Below are positions 63,247 through 64,000 of a stretch of 64,000 nt of DNA, one piece after another; position 1 is the first letter of the stretch, and the number at the start of each line of letters is the position of its first letter. Both the position numbers and the translations under genes were made by a program. Under the pieces are notes generated by a model. That model did no database searches and had not been told where the DNA came from. It saw only the letters and a program-made list of their open reading frames with translations. Origin of the DNA: Paraspadella gotoi (taxonomy: Eukaryota; Animalia; Chaetognatha); assembly GCA_051294375.1 (NCBI GenBank), contig CM119267.1, positions 13,215,081-13,279,080 on the forward strand, written 5' to 3'.

Positions 63247-64000
63247 AAGGATTATTTGTTTTTAGCTAAATTGAATAGAAAGAAAGTAACAGGAGGAGAT
63301 AAATAATGGGGAAGAAAGAATAAGAGAGAGATTAGGATAAAAAAAAAGAAGAAAATAACAAAGGAAAAAAGCAGGGAAAAAGTGGAGAAGAGAATAAGAG
63401 AGGATAGGAAAAAAATATATTTTTTTTAAATTTAAATATTTCATACCAAAAAATGAAAAAAAAACGCATTTGAAAATTAACCGAATTTAACCGTTAAAAT
63501 AAATATATTAATGGTTAAGTTAAAATTATTTCTAACCGTTAACAGTTATCGGAACACTACTCTTAACCCTAAACCACCCTTAACCCTCACCCCATAAAAT
63601 TAAAAACAAATTTAAAATAATTATAATTATAAAATTTGTATTACTGCGCAAAAAATATATATATTATAGCGCAAATTGAGACGACGCTAAAGCCTTAAGT
63701 AAAGGAAAAACAAAATGAAATGGATTAACAAACCACCGGTACATAAGGTTGGTTGCGGTCGTCGAATAGTAAAGTTACCCATCAAGGCTTTAATAAAAGA
63801 CAGGACTAATTACAGCCTGTTATTTGCTAGTTTCAGAACTTCGAATTCTCGCTCCTACGCCACCGGGGCACAGTGATCCAAATGGACTAAATTTCCGGAT
63901 AAACCTTTTTTGGCAAAAACAACTTTTTCTCGTATGCTGATTATCATAGAAGCTCTCTGAGGTTGTTGGAAAAGTTTCAAATGTTTAAGATTGATTTGAA

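Noticed and set aside
62990-63595. Telomeric TAACCC-like repeats
   Set aside because: Only a few degenerate units in two short patches; not an array

Overview
AT-rich eukaryotic (probably invertebrate animal) DNA from a gappy, error-prone assembly. I recognise no intact host protein-coding gene; most ORFs in the track come from (AG)n/(CT)n and other low-complexity sequence. The window is dominated by mobile elements: at least three families of Helentron-associated (HINE/DINE-1-type) non-autonomous elements, two tRNA-derived SINE-like families, two fragments of Ty3/Gypsy pol (integrase with PPT and LTR start; an RT N-terminal fragment), a degenerate Penelope-type minimal hammerhead motif, and a 244-275 bp TG...CA element with 4-bp target-site duplications that carries an internal tRNA-like box A/box B unit (solo LTR of a Helenus/Cassandra-type TRIM; the most notable feature). 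About 18 kb (roughly 29.6-47.7 kb) repeats sequence found again at 47.7-59.5 kb and looks like haplotype or read duplication rather than a true tandem array. The 1-28 kb part has several CpG-rich islands with promoter-like motifs and isolated splice signals that may belong to a host gene I cannot identify.
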